From Candidatus Aldehydirespiratoraceae bacterium (GTDB taxonomy: Bacteria > Actinomycetota > Acidimicrobiia > Acidimicrobiales > Aldehydirespiratoraceae), in the NCBI GenBank assembly GCA_965205465.1, contig OZ242187.1, forward strand, positions 2,078,890 to 2,142,889: a DNA stretch of 64,000 nucleotides. Reading direction: 5' to 3'. Shown piece by piece: positions 19,142 to 27,967 of the stretch; positions within the stretch are counted from its first letter, which is position 1; every line of letters begins with the position of its first letter. The translations under genes and the position numbers were made by a program. The notes below the pieces were generated by a model. It made no database searches and was not told the origin of the DNA. It saw nothing but the letters and a program-made list of their open reading frames with translations.

Positions 19142-20782
19142 ATGATCAAGAGAGACGCCGCCGATGGGCCCTTCGGGGGGCGGGTACAAACCCGTTTTCC
19201 TCCAGAACCCAATGGGTACTTGCACATCGGGCACGCAAAATCGATCACACTCAACTTCGGTGTGGCCAACGAGTTCGACGGTGTATGCCGGCTGCGCTTT
19301 GACGACACCAACCCAGAAACAGAAGACGCCAGCTTTATCGATGTGATCCGCCAAGACGTGGCGTGGCTAGGGTTCGAACCCGGCGAATCTGCCTATGCGT
19401 CGGACTATTTCGTGCAGCTAGCCGAATGGGCCGAACAACTCATCCGCGACGGGCATGCCTACGTTGATGATCAGGACGCGGAGACGATCTCAGCCAATCG
19501 GGGCGGATTCACCACGCCGGGCACCAACAGCCCCTATCGGGACCGGACCGTTGAGGAAAACCTTGATCTCTTCGCCCGAATGCGCGCCGGCGAGTTCTCC
19601 GACGGTGAGAAAGTGCTGAGAGCCAAGATCGAAATGGCTCACGACAACATGGCCATGCGGGACCCGGTCATGTACCGCATCCGCAACGCCCACCACTTCC
19701 GCACCGGCGACGAATGGAAGATCTATCCGACCTATGACTGGGCGCATGGGCAAAGCGATGCGGTTGAAGGAACGACGCATTCGCTGTGCACACTCGAGTT
19801 CGACACGCATCGGCCGTTGTACGACTGGTTCATTGAACACCTCGGCCTCGGCAAGGACCATCCCCGCCAAACCGAGTTCGCCCGTCTCAACCTCACCCAC
19901 ACCGTGATGTCGAAACGCAAACTGTTGGAACTGGTTCGCGACGGTCATGTCGATGGCTGGGACGATCCCCGCATGCCCACGCTGCGGGGCTTGCGCAGGC
20001 GTGGCTACCCTCCTGAAGCCATCCGTGCGTTCTGCTCGCACATTGGTGTCGCCCGGGTCAACGGCACGCACGAGATCGAACTACTTGAATCGTACGTGCG
20101 AACCCATCACAACCGACACGCCCTGCGGCGGATGGCCGTTCTCGATCCGGTCGAGTTGGTGATCGACAACTGGCCAGAGGGCTTGATCGATCAGCGTCCG
20201 GCGATCAACAACCCCGAAGACGAATCGGCCGGTACCCGCATGGTGCCGTTCAGCGGCAGGTTATGGATCGAACGGGGTGATTTCATGATCGACCCGCCCA
20301 AGAAATTCTTCCGGTTGGTGCCGGGCCGCGAGGTACGGCTGCGTGCGGGATACCTCATCACCTGCACTGATGTTGAGACCGACGCCGACGGTGAGGTGGT
20401 ACGTATTCACTGCAGCTACGACCCTGAAACCGCTGGTGGGCAGGCTCCCGATGGCCGCAAGGTGAAAGCCACGATCCACTGGGTGTCGGCTGATCACGCG
20501 CTCTACGGCACGGTCATGCTCTATGACCGGCTCTTCACCAACCCCTTTCCCGGTGCCGATGGTGCCGACCCACTCGCTTCGCTGAACCCCGCCTCGCGTG
20601 AGGATCGCAGCGGCTGCAAACTCGAACCTGCCCTCGCAGACACCCCAGCAGGCCGAGTGGTGCAGTTCGAACGTCTCGGTTATTTCGCCCACGACCAGCA
20701 AGACCCGCTGACCTTCCACCGCACCGTCGGCCTGCGCGATGAATGGGCCGCGATCCAACGCCGTCAATCCCAACAGCGCTGA
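19142..20782 (+). CDS. glnS: Glutamine--tRNA ligase
   Basis: TRFPPEPNGYLHIGHAKS (HIGH) and VMSKRKL (KMSKS) motifs, 546 aa. Conserved N-terminal residues continue upstream of the first canonical start (see findings). Confidence 0.9.
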   Translation: MIKRDAADGPFGGRVQTRFPPEPNGYLHIGHAKSITLNFGVANEFDGVCRLRFDDTNPETEDASFIDVIRQDVAWLGFEPGESAYASDYFVQLAEWAEQLIRDGHAYVDDQDAETISANRGGFTTPGTNSPYRDRTVEENLDLFARMRAGEFSDGEKVLRAKIEMAHDNMAMRDPVMYRIRNAHHFRTGDEWKIYPTYDWAHGQSDAVEGTTHSLCTLEFDTHRPLYDWFIEHLGLGKDHPRQTEFARLNLTHTVMSKRKLLELVRDGHVDGWDDPRMPTLRGLRRRGYPPEAIRAFCSHIGVARVNGTHEIELLESYVRTHHNRHALRRMAVLDPVELVIDNWPEGLIDQRPAINNPEDESAGTRMVPFSGRLWIERGDFMIDPPKKFFRLVPGREVRLRAGYLITCTDVETDADGEVVRIHCSYDPETAGGQAPDGRKVKATIHWVSADHALYGTVMLYDRLFTNPFPGADGADPLASLNPASREDRSGCKLEPALADTPAGRVVQFERLGYFAHDQQDPLTFHRTVGLRDEWAAIQRRQSQQR

Positions 20783-20939
20783 GCAACCGGTGCCGGTCTT
20801 AAAGGGATGCGAGCCTTAGCCTGGATCCACCGACGCGGTGAGGCTTGTGGGGTTGGCGCGTCCACCAGAAAGGCCTCCTGATCTGCGACGATTGTGATGT
20901 CAATATGCACGTTCGTCTCAAAAACAGGAGGCACTTTTT

Positions 20940-22252
20940 GTGTCTGTATCTTCGCGCAGTTTGGACCGGTTCGCAACGACCTTCGATCATGAGGGCCTGG
21001 TCGCCAACGCGGGCCTGATCCTGGCGGCCACGCTGATGGACCGTTTGGGTCTGCTGGGGCTGATCGAGCGGTGGGTGCGCACCGGCTCGGCGAACCCGGG
21101 CCGAAAGATTCTCACGCTGGTCGCGGCGATGCTCGCTGGCGCCACTCACATCGATCATGTCGAGATGCTGCGCGCGGGCGGCACCGGTCGGGTGCTGGGG
21201 TTCACCCCGATGGCGCCCTCCACGGTGGGGTCGTTCTTGCGGACCTTCACGTTCGGCCACGCCCGCCAGCTCGAAGCGGTGCTGGCGCGCACGCTGGCGC
21301 GTGCCTGGGGACTAGGCGCAGGCCCCGGCGACAAGCCGCTGACGGTCGATCTGGACTCCACGATCTGCGAGGTCCACGGCAAGCACAAGGGCGGCGCCGC
21401 GTACGGCTACACCAAGGTGCTGGGCTATCACCCGCTGCTGGCCGCACGCGCCGACACCCGCGAAGTGCTCGCCGCCCGCATGCGCAAAGGCTCCGCGGGC
21501 TCGGCGCGAGGAGTGGTGCGATTCGTCGACGAGCTCGTCGCCAACCTGCGACGCGCCGGGGCCGCCGGGCCGACCACCGTACGCGCCGACTCGGGGTTCG
21601 CTGGTCCCACAAGCTGATCGACCGCCTCGACGCCCACGACGTCAAGTGGTCGATCACCGTCGCGCTCGGATCCGCTGTGCGCGCAGCGATCCAAGCGATC
21701 GGCGACAACGCCTGGGCCGACATCGCCTACACCCAAGGCGGCCGCGCCCAAGTCGCCGAGACCCAATACGTCACCGGCCGCGGCAAACACGAGCGCACCG
21801 TTCGCCTCGTGGTGCGCCGCACCCGACTCGCCCAGGGCACCCAACAACAGATGTGGCCCGACTGGCGACACCACGCGTTCATCACCAACACCGACCACGA
21901 CACCGCCGCCGCTGATGAGTTCCACCGCGCCCACGCCGTCGTCGAGCTCGCCATCCGCGACCTCAAAGAAGGCTCCGGGCTCGACCACGTCCCCTCAGGC
22001 CACTACGGCGCCAACTGCGCATGGCTCGCCTGCGCAGTGCTCGCCCACAACATCGGCCACTGGACCGCGCTCCTCGCCGGCGCGCCGCCCGCCACCAACC
22101 ACTCCCGACGCACCCGACTCGTCGCCCTCGCCGCCGTGCTGGTGAACCGCTCAGGCACACCCACCCTGCGATACCCCGCCCGCTGGCCCTGGGCAACACA
22201 ATTCCACACCACACTCAAAGCCCTGCGAGCCCTTCCCGGACCCTCCGGCTAA
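20940..22252 (+). pseudogene. IS1380-family transposase, split by a frameshift near 21600
   Basis: ORF 20940..21617 ends ...VRADSGFAGPTS*. The protein continues as WSHKLIDRLDAHDVKWSITV... in the frame of ORF 21071..22252. The junction is TTC-GC-TGG (one nt missing). Confidence 0.75.
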
Positions 22253-22274
22253 ACGACACCACCCGGAACTGACG

Positions 22275-22390
22275 CCCCCACACAAACCCAGCGTCAACAA
22301 CCCAAACCACACCCCCACGCCTAGCCCAACACGCCCAAACACACCAAACCACACCCCCAACAACCCGACGCGACCCCAACCCGCCACCGG
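22275..22390. repeat. C/A-rich low-complexity tail inside the IS1380 3' end
   Basis: Degenerate repeats of CCAAACCACACCCCCA-like units between the transposase stop and the right IR. Confidence 0.4.
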
Positions 22391-22435
22391 CCCGCGAATC
22401 CCGCGCTCACCAAAGGCCAATCGGTGGATTCAGGC

Positions 22436-23392
22436 TTAGAGGGCGGCGAGATTTCGGAGGTAGGGCCAGGCGATTTCTGGGGGGATACCGCCGCACAGCG
22501 GTTGTAGGGAGAGAACGCCGTATTGGTCGCGAAGTTGGCGGGCTTCGTCGATAGTGGCGATCCTGTAGGCACCATTTTGGGCTCGGAGTTCAACGACGGT
22601 GGTCGCGTTCGACAAAGAAGCCGAAGCGACATCACCCATCCACTCCTTGTACATCACCGCGTCATGAAGGAGATGAGGGCCAAGGGACCGCCAGGCCGCA
22701 TCAGTGTCGTCGGAGACAAATAAAGTCGTAGGGGAACCAACCGGCGGCGACATGCACATGCCAGGCGGATGACCGGCCACAAGAGCGTCCGAATCGTAGG
22801 CTTCGGCCAGGGCCGGATCGCCGTGTTGAGGCAGAAACATCATGCCGCGGCGGCCGGCCCGGCGGGCTGCTGCCACAGTGCCACCGCCGTAAGCGATCAT
22901 TGGGCCGCCAGCGGTCAACGGTTCGGGCGTGACATGTACGGTGCGACCCCGCCACTCGAAGCGTTCCCCGGCCAGGGCTCGCTTCAACACATCGAGGTGT
23001 TCGTCCATAAGCACACCACGCCTCGACGAATCGACTCCGAACATTGCATATTCGCCGGCCCGGTAACCGAGCCCGATCGTGTAGCTGACACGGCCGCCGC
23101 TGAGATGGTCAAGCACGATCATGTCTTCGGCCAGTTTGATCGGGTCGTACATCAACGCCAACAGAGCACCCACGTTGATCGGCAGCGAGGTGGTGCGCGC
23201 TGCAGCCGCTGCAGCCATGACGATCGGGGAGGGCAAATAGCCGTCGCTAGCGCCGTGATGCTCAGAGAACATGGCCATCATCGCTCCGTTGGCTTCTCCC
23301 CATTCGCACATCTCCAGCGAAGCACTGTAGAGCTCGGCCATCGTGGCGTCGGATTGGGGGCCGAGGCGAAAATCGAATCGAAGAATAAACAT
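22436..23392 (-). CDS. LLM-class (luciferase-like) flavin-dependent oxidoreductase
   Basis: 318 aa. ...FSEHHGASDGYLPSPIVMAAAAA...LDHLSGGRVSYTIGLGY pattern. Its stop codon lies inside the IS1380 right IR. Confidence 0.85.
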   Translation of the reverse strand: MFILRFDFRLGPQSDATMAELYSASLEMCEWGEANGAMMAMFSEHHGASDGYLPSPIVMAAAAAARTTSLPINVGALLALMYDPIKLAEDMIVLDHLSGGRVSYTIGLGYRAGEYAMFGVDSSRRGVLMDEHLDVLKRALAGERFEWRGRTVHVTPEPLTAGGPMIAYGGGTVAAARRAGRRGMMFLPQHGDPALAEAYDSDALVAGHPPGMCMSPPVGSPTTLFVSDDTDAAWRSLGPHLLHDAVMYKEWMGDVASASLSNATTVVELRAQNGAYRIATIDEARQLRDQYGVLSLQPLCGGIPPEIAWPYLRNLAAL

Positions 23393-23430
23393 GGTGCTCA
23401 GCTTTCCCCGTCGTGGCGGCCGAGTCGAAA

Positions 23431-24216
23431 TCAGCCCAAGATTTCCCGCAGGACTGCAAGATCAGCGACCGCGGCCGCAAACAGCTTCTCTGGTTCGTTA
23501 TCGAGTTCGCGGAGGGTTCCGTCAACGAATTCGAGGCTCCAGGTGCCGTCGAAACCGAGGTCGTTGAGAAGGCTGACGGTCTTGGTGAACTCGTCGCGAA
23601 TCTCAGCCAACGGTGGCGCCTTCAGGTTGAGGTGGTTGATGTGCGCATGACAGATGCGCTCGCCGTATGCATCGAAACGCGCTCGGAGCAGATCGTGGCT
23701 GTCGTGGGTATGAACCAACGCACCCACCGCCTCAGGGGGTCCGCCGGCGGCCAACACTTTGGCCGCGACTGAGGGATCATCCATGGCCGAACCGTCGTGG
23801 CATTCGCACACGGTTTGGACGTCCGGCAACTCGCTGACCCAACGTGCGAGCCGCTCGCCGTAAGCGTTGAGAGAGGCTTCGTCACGGTCCGCCCCGGTGT
23901 TCCACTTGACCTTACGGGCGCCGCTGCGCAGAGTCATTTCGGCGGCTCGCTGACGTTCCGTGTCGGATCCATCGTCGAAACTGACGTAGGTGTTGTACAC
24001 GGCTACCCCGAGATCGTTCCCAAAGATCACTTCCAACTCGGCTGGGTCAGCTTCGGTGGCGTGAGCTTCCCACAGCTCAATACCATCGAACCCGGCGTCA
24101 CGGATTCGGTCGAGCCATTGACTGGCTGCGATCGTGGCCCAGCGGTCTTGAGTGATCCCAAACCAGCGGTTCGGTTCCAACGCGATCGTGGCGATATATA
24201 TCTGAGCAGTTGGCAT
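23431..24216 (-). CDS. Sugar phosphate isomerase/epimerase (xylose-isomerase-like TIM barrel)
   Basis: 261 aa. AGFDGIELWE, HINHLN and a length typical of the AP_endonuc_2 family. Confidence 0.75.
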   Translation of the reverse strand: MPTAQIYIATIALEPNRWFGITQDRWATIAASQWLDRIRDAGFDGIELWEAHATEADPAELEVIFGNDLGVAVYNTYVSFDDGSDTERQRAAEMTLRSGARKVKWNTGADRDEASLNAYGERLARWVSELPDVQTVCECHDGSAMDDPSVAAKVLAAGGPPEAVGALVHTHDSHDLLRARFDAYGERICHAHINHLNLKAPPLAEIRDEFTKTVSLLNDLGFDGTWSLEFVDGTLRELDNEPEKLFAAAVADLAVLREILG

Positions 24217-24221
24217 GTGTT

Positions 24222-24298
<77 letters not shown>

Positions 24299-24347
24299 AA
24301 CAGCGGTTCAGTGTACGCCAACTTCGCGGAGGCCCGACAACCTTTAG

Positions 24348-24794
24348 TCAGGTCGGCGTCCCAGTCATTTCCACTGGCTCAAGAACCACGACTGGAATCT
24401 CTCGATCAGTCTTCGACTCATAGGCGGCGTAATGCTTGAACTCTGAGATAGCCGCATGCCAGATCTCCGCTCGCTCGTCCCCCGAGGTGATGCGAGCGGT
24501 CATCTGCTTGGTGCCGTCTGCCGTACGCACAGTGACCGATGAGTTGTCCAGCAAATTCAGAAACCACGCCGGGTGGTTGTCGTTCCCACCAGCAGAGGCG
24601 ATCAATGCCATCCGGTCGCCGTCCTGCCACGGCGCAGTCAGCAACACCGAACGGGGTAGACCGCTCTTGCGTCCGATGGTGGTGAGCTCAAGGACCGGCA
24701 TCTTGGCCCCGGTCCAACCGATCTTCCCGCGGCTGATGGCTATTGCTGAGCTGTGAAAGCGATTCAAGGCTTTGAAGGCAAAATCGGAAGGCAT
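24348..24794 (-). CDS. Deazaflavin (F420)-dependent nitroreductase-family protein (Ddn/DUF385-like)
   Basis: The internal ATG 24794 gives a 148-aa product with ...LELTTIGRKSGLPRSVLL...GGNDNHPAWFLNL... Confidence 0.8.
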   Translation of the reverse strand: MPSDFAFKALNRFHSSAIAISRGKIGWTGAKMPVLELTTIGRKSGLPRSVLLTAPWQDGDRMALIASAGGNDNHPAWFLNLLDNSSVTVRTADGTKQMTARITSGDERAEIWHAAISEFKHYAAYESKTDREIPVVVLEPVEMTGTPT

Positions 24795-24813
24795 GACAAG
24801 GGGTCTTTCGGTT

Positions 24814-24830
24814 GGCGGGATCTTAGTTGA
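24814..24830. repeat. 17-bp direct repeat, copy 1 (GGCGGGATCTTAGTTGA)
   Basis: Identical to 26223-26239. The two copies bracket the DUF4143 ATPase gene. Confidence 0.85.
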
Positions 24831-24855
24831 TGACTTGCGGTTACGGAGAGACTGA

Positions 24856-26142
24856 TCAAGTAGCGAGGGCGGTGATGGGGACGATGGAGATGCCGTCGGG
24901 ATGTTCGTAGGCGTAGCCGGTGGCGGTGATGATGATGAGGCGGGATGGCGTTCCGCTGCGGTTGGGGTCGACCTTGTTCTGGAGGCGGTGGAGAGCGTGG
25001 ATGCCTTCTTTGATGCCCTTCTCGCTGCCGAGTTTGACTTCGGCGGCAATCCAGCGGCCGTCGGGGTGTTTGATGATCACGTCGACTTCAAGGCCGTCGC
25101 TGTCACGATAATGAGACAGATCAAGATTGTTGGCCTGTCCGTAGATCCGGAGATCCCGAACGACTAGGGACTCGAACAGCAGTCCGGCATATTGCCGGTG
25201 CTGCATGACAGTTTCGAGGGTCGAGTCCAGGGCGGCCACTGCCAGAGACGGGTCGATGAAGTGGCGTTTCGGTGCTTTCCGCAGTTGGGCTCGCGAGGTG
25301 ATGTGCGGCTTCCACGCACGCAGATCTTCAACCACGAACAAGCGCTCTAGGGCTGCGATGTAGGACGCCACCGTGCGGCGGTCAACCATGCCGTCCTCGT
25401 CTGCGGTGTCCTTGGCCAATGTGGCGAAGCTCGCCTCGGTGGCGATGTTTCGCCCGAGCGAAGCCAGCAGTTTGCGGACCCCGGCGGGGTTGCGGGCCAC
25501 CCCGTCCACTCTTGAGATGTCAGTTCGGCTGATCTCATTCAGGTAGCTGCGTGTGGCTCGCAGTGCCGATGGCACGTCGGCGTCCAGCAGCCTCGGCCAT
25601 CCGCCGCGACAGGCCGCTTCGATAACTTCGTCGAGTTTGAGCCCGCGGTCGCGCGCAGCGCATCTCTCTGGTTGGAAAAGACCGGCCAGCGAGATGCTGC
25701 CATCAGAATGACCGGATTCGAGCAGGCTCATCGGACGCATCATCACTCGTAGTACCCGCCCAGCACCCGAGTGGCGCGTGATGTCGTCAGGAGGGTCGGC
25801 AGAGCCGGTCAGAATGAATTGGCCTGACATGGCGCGCTGGTCGCATGCCCGGCGCATCGGGTTCCAGATCTCGGGTGCTAGTTGCCACTCGTCGAGCAGC
25901 CTCGGGGTCTCTCCTTCCAGCAGCACAGCCGGGTCCAGGTTCGATGCCAGAAGGGTGCTCGCGGTTGCGTCGAGCAGGACTTCGCTGCGGGCAAATCGCT
26001 TGCCGGTCCACGTCTTTCCGCAGGCTCGGGGCCCCTCCACCAGTACAGCCGGCGAGGCCGCCAGAGCGGCTTCCATCTCGGCATCGACCACACGTGGCTG
26101 GTAGCCGTCAGGGGTCAGATTCTGCGCCACAAGCACCTCCAA
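24856..26142 (-). CDS. AAA+ ATPase, COG1373 / AAA_14 + DUF4143 family
   Basis: 428 aa. Walker A GPRACGKTW, Walker B-like LLDEWQ, long C-terminal domain. Paralog of 31568..32725. Confidence 0.8.
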   Translation of the reverse strand: MEVLVAQNLTPDGYQPRVVDAEMEAALAASPAVLVEGPRACGKTWTGKRFARSEVLLDATASTLLASNLDPAVLLEGETPRLLDEWQLAPEIWNPMRRACDQRAMSGQFILTGSADPPDDITRHSGAGRVLRVMMRPMSLLESGHSDGSISLAGLFQPERCAARDRGLKLDEVIEAACRGGWPRLLDADVPSALRATRSYLNEISRTDISRVDGVARNPAGVRKLLASLGRNIATEASFATLAKDTADEDGMVDRRTVASYIAALERLFVVEDLRAWKPHITSRAQLRKAPKRHFIDPSLAVAALDSTLETVMQHRQYAGLLFESLVVRDLRIYGQANNLDLSHYRDSDGLEVDVIIKHPDGRWIAAEVKLGSEKGIKEGIHALHRLQNKVDPNRSGTPSRLIIITATGYAYEHPDGISIVPITALAT

Positions 26143-26222
26143 CAGCGATGGACAGTCGGAATCATAGCTTCAGGTGCCCGTTTATGGGCACTTCATACGC
26201 CTATTTATGGAGCCTTTCAGTA

Positions 26223-26239
26223 GGCGGGATCTTAGTTGA
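26223..26239. repeat. 17-bp direct repeat, copy 2 (GGCGGGATCTTAGTTGA)
   Basis: Identical to 24814-24830. Confidence 0.85.
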
Positions 26240-26455
26240 CGGCCGGTTCTCATCGTTTGGGCACGCGAGGACAAGTTGATGCCGCCCGCTCACGCTGAAC
26301 GACTAGCGGAGCATTTTGATGACTCGCGGTTGGTTTGGGTTGACGACAGCCGCACGCTGATCCCAATCGACCAACCAGCTGTCCTCACAACCCACCTCCG
26401 AACGTTCCTAGCCCAACAGACATGCTGAAAAGCGCCCCTGTTCCGGCAGCGGCGC

Positions 26456-26833
26456 TCAAACGTGGTGAGTGTCGAGGGTGGGTCCGAGCAGTTTGATGTC
26501 GTCCGGGTCGCTGGTGACGACCGTTGCCCCAAGTCGGTGAGCGCATACGGCCACATGCCCGTCGACGACGTCAGATGTCTCGGTCGCAGCTAGCAGAAGA
26601 CCGACACTTCTGGCTTCGGCGTGGTCCATCGAGACCACATCGGTATTGGACATCTTCAGCAGAGCCCCAAGGCGGGCTTGGCGGCTGGGATTACGCCACG
26701 CCTGAGCTATGCATGCCGCAGGAACGGTCAAAGTTTCTTTGGTTCGTCTTGCTTCGGAAACCACATTTGCAACGAAGCGGTCTCCGCGCTCCAAGGCAAT
26801 CAGAGCGCCGGTGTCCAACACGACACGGTTCAT
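26456..26833 (-). CDS. PIN-domain toxin (VapC-like)
   Basis: 125 aa. N-terminus VVLDTGALIALERGD, C-terminus VVTSDPDD. A 4-nt overlap links it to the upstream antitoxin gene. Confidence 0.85.
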   Translation of the reverse strand: MNRVVLDTGALIALERGDRFVANVVSEARRTKETLTVPAACIAQAWRNPSRQARLGALLKMSNTDVVSMDHAEARSVGLLLAATETSDVVDGHVAVCAHRLGATVVTSDPDDIKLLGPTLDTHHV

Positions 26834-27081
26834 GTCGCGGCATCACCGGTCAACAGGCGACGAGCTTCCGCCCTCTCCTCGTCGGTTGGTGGTCCGCCCG
26901 TGGCCTCCAGCATCTCAGCGAGCATCGTGTCGAATGAAGCTTCGGCTACGAGTTGACTGGCGACGGCGTGTTCGACGTATGCCGAGACACTTCGTGCCTC
27001 GCCCGCCTCAACTGCCGACTTGACGCGCGCCAGCACATCGGCATCGATGGTGACTGCGATCTTGGCCTTCGGAATAGTCAT
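26830..27081 (-). CDS. Ribbon-helix-helix antitoxin (VapB/CopG-like)
   Basis: 83 aa. MTIPKAKIAVTIDADVLARVKSAV is a typical RHH N-terminus. Confidence 0.8.
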   Translation of the reverse strand: MTIPKAKIAVTIDADVLARVKSAVEAGEARSVSAYVEHAVASQLVAEASFDTMLAEMLEATGGPPTDEERAEARRLLTGDAAT

Positions 27082-27173
27082 ACCAATTGTCCTACCTTTA
27101 TGAGTCGAATTGCTGCAAGGTCAATCCCCATGGCCACACCATAGTTCACTTGCCGTGACTCTCAACCATGATA

Positions 27174-27193
27174 CTATGAAAATCTATGAAAAT
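27174..27193. repeat. Tandem 10-mer CTATGAAAAT x2 in an AT-rich divergent TA promoter region
   Basis: Exact tandem duplication between the two divergently transcribed VapBC modules, 18 nt upstream of the GTG at 27211. Confidence 0.5.
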
Positions 27194-27210
27194 AGATAAA
27201 GAGTTCGTCG

Positions 27211-27501
27211 GTGCTGGTTGTTAATGTGCACGGTGATGCACCGGGTGTTACACTCAAGCGCGTGCCAACGTCTCGACCTCGTCATCCAGTGACCGAAACG
27301 GACGACATTGCTGCGGTTCTTGACGAAGCGTCGCGGCGATGGTCAGGCACGCCCCGAGCCAAGCTCATTCGCCTCGTATTGCTGGATTGGGCTAGTGGAG
27401 GCCGTTCGCCGTCGGCGCGTGCTCAAGCGCGTGAGGATTTAACGGGTTCGCTTCCTGGTTCTTCGCACCTGTATCAACGTGCTGAGGACTGGCCCGAGTG
27501 A
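27211..27501 (+). CDS. Putative antitoxin partner of the VapC at 27498
   Basis: 96-aa ORF whose stop overlaps the PIN gene start by 4 nt. No strong motif; the start is uncertain. Confidence 0.6.
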   Translation: MLVVNVHGDAPGVTLKRVPTSRPRHPVTETDDIAAVLDEASRRWSGTPRAKLIRLVLLDWASGGRSPSARAQAREDLTGSLPGSSHLYQRAEDWPE

Positions 27502-27884
27502 TTGTTGCCGACGCAAGCTGGGTTGTGGCGTTGCGTGACCCGAGTGATCGCCACCACAGTCGAGCGGTAGCTGTCAACTACGAGATCGGTAGCGAGAATT
27601 CGCTTCTGCACCCGGTGACCCTAGCTGAGTGCCTCGTTGCGCCAGCCCGACTAGGGGTCCTTGATGAAGCTTCGGCTCGACTGCAAGCGGCATTCGACAT
27701 CGACATCGTCGATCCCGGAGCTCCCTTACGATGGGCGAAGCTACGAGCCGAGACCCGGCTGCGGCTTCCTGACGCCATCGTGCTCGACACTGCCTTGAAC
27801 CGACATGCCCGAGCTGTTGCCACATTCGACGAGCAACTGCAGACCTGCGCAGCCGATTACGGTCTTGATGTCCTGGGAACTTGA
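27498..27884 (+). CDS. PIN-domain toxin (VapC-like)
   Basis: 128 aa. MIVADASWVVAL...PDAIVLDTAL...VATFDEQL acidic residues in PIN spacing. Confidence 0.85.
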   Translation: MIVADASWVVALRDPSDRHHSRAVAVNYEIGSENSLLHPVTLAECLVAPARLGVLDEASARLQAAFDIDIVDPGAPLRWAKLRAETRLRLPDAIVLDTALNRHARAVATFDEQLQTCAADYGLDVLGT

Positions 27885-27967
27885 TCGCCTTGATTCCGTG
27901 GGTATCCCAAAACCTGTAGCTCTGGAATGCGGAGTTACGGTCAGTTCGTAGTAGAGAGGTGATGCCG

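Larger units (their letters stand above)
20814..22440 (+). mobile_element. IS1380-family insertion sequence (about 1.63 kb)
   Basis: 20-bp terminal inverted repeats CCTTAGCCTGGATCCACCGA (20814-20833) and reverse complement TCTAAGCCTGAATCCACCGA (22421-22440), 17/20 matching. They enclose a DDE transposase. Confidence 0.75.

Noticed and set aside
21071-21600. N-terminal 175 codons of ORF 21071..22252 as a separate protein.
   Set aside because: The product is Arg/Ala/Gly-rich nonsense overlapping the genuine transposase N-terminus (20940..21617) in another frame. Only the part after about 21604 is real transposase sequence.
22275-22390. C/A-rich tract, considered as a microsatellite, telomere-like or CRISPR-like feature.
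   Set aside because: It lies inside the IS1380 element between the transposase stop and the right IR. The units are irregular, so it is most simply IS-internal low-complexity sequence.
24795-25049. N-terminal 85-codon extension of the Ddn-like ORF. Similar long extensions occur on 18253..19311, 28936..30612, 49152..50978 and 8894..10003.
   Set aside because: The extensions are Ser/Pro/Thr/Arg-rich, overlap neighbouring genes and precede internal starts. Those internal starts give canonical N-termini (signal peptides, Rossmann motif, RBS).
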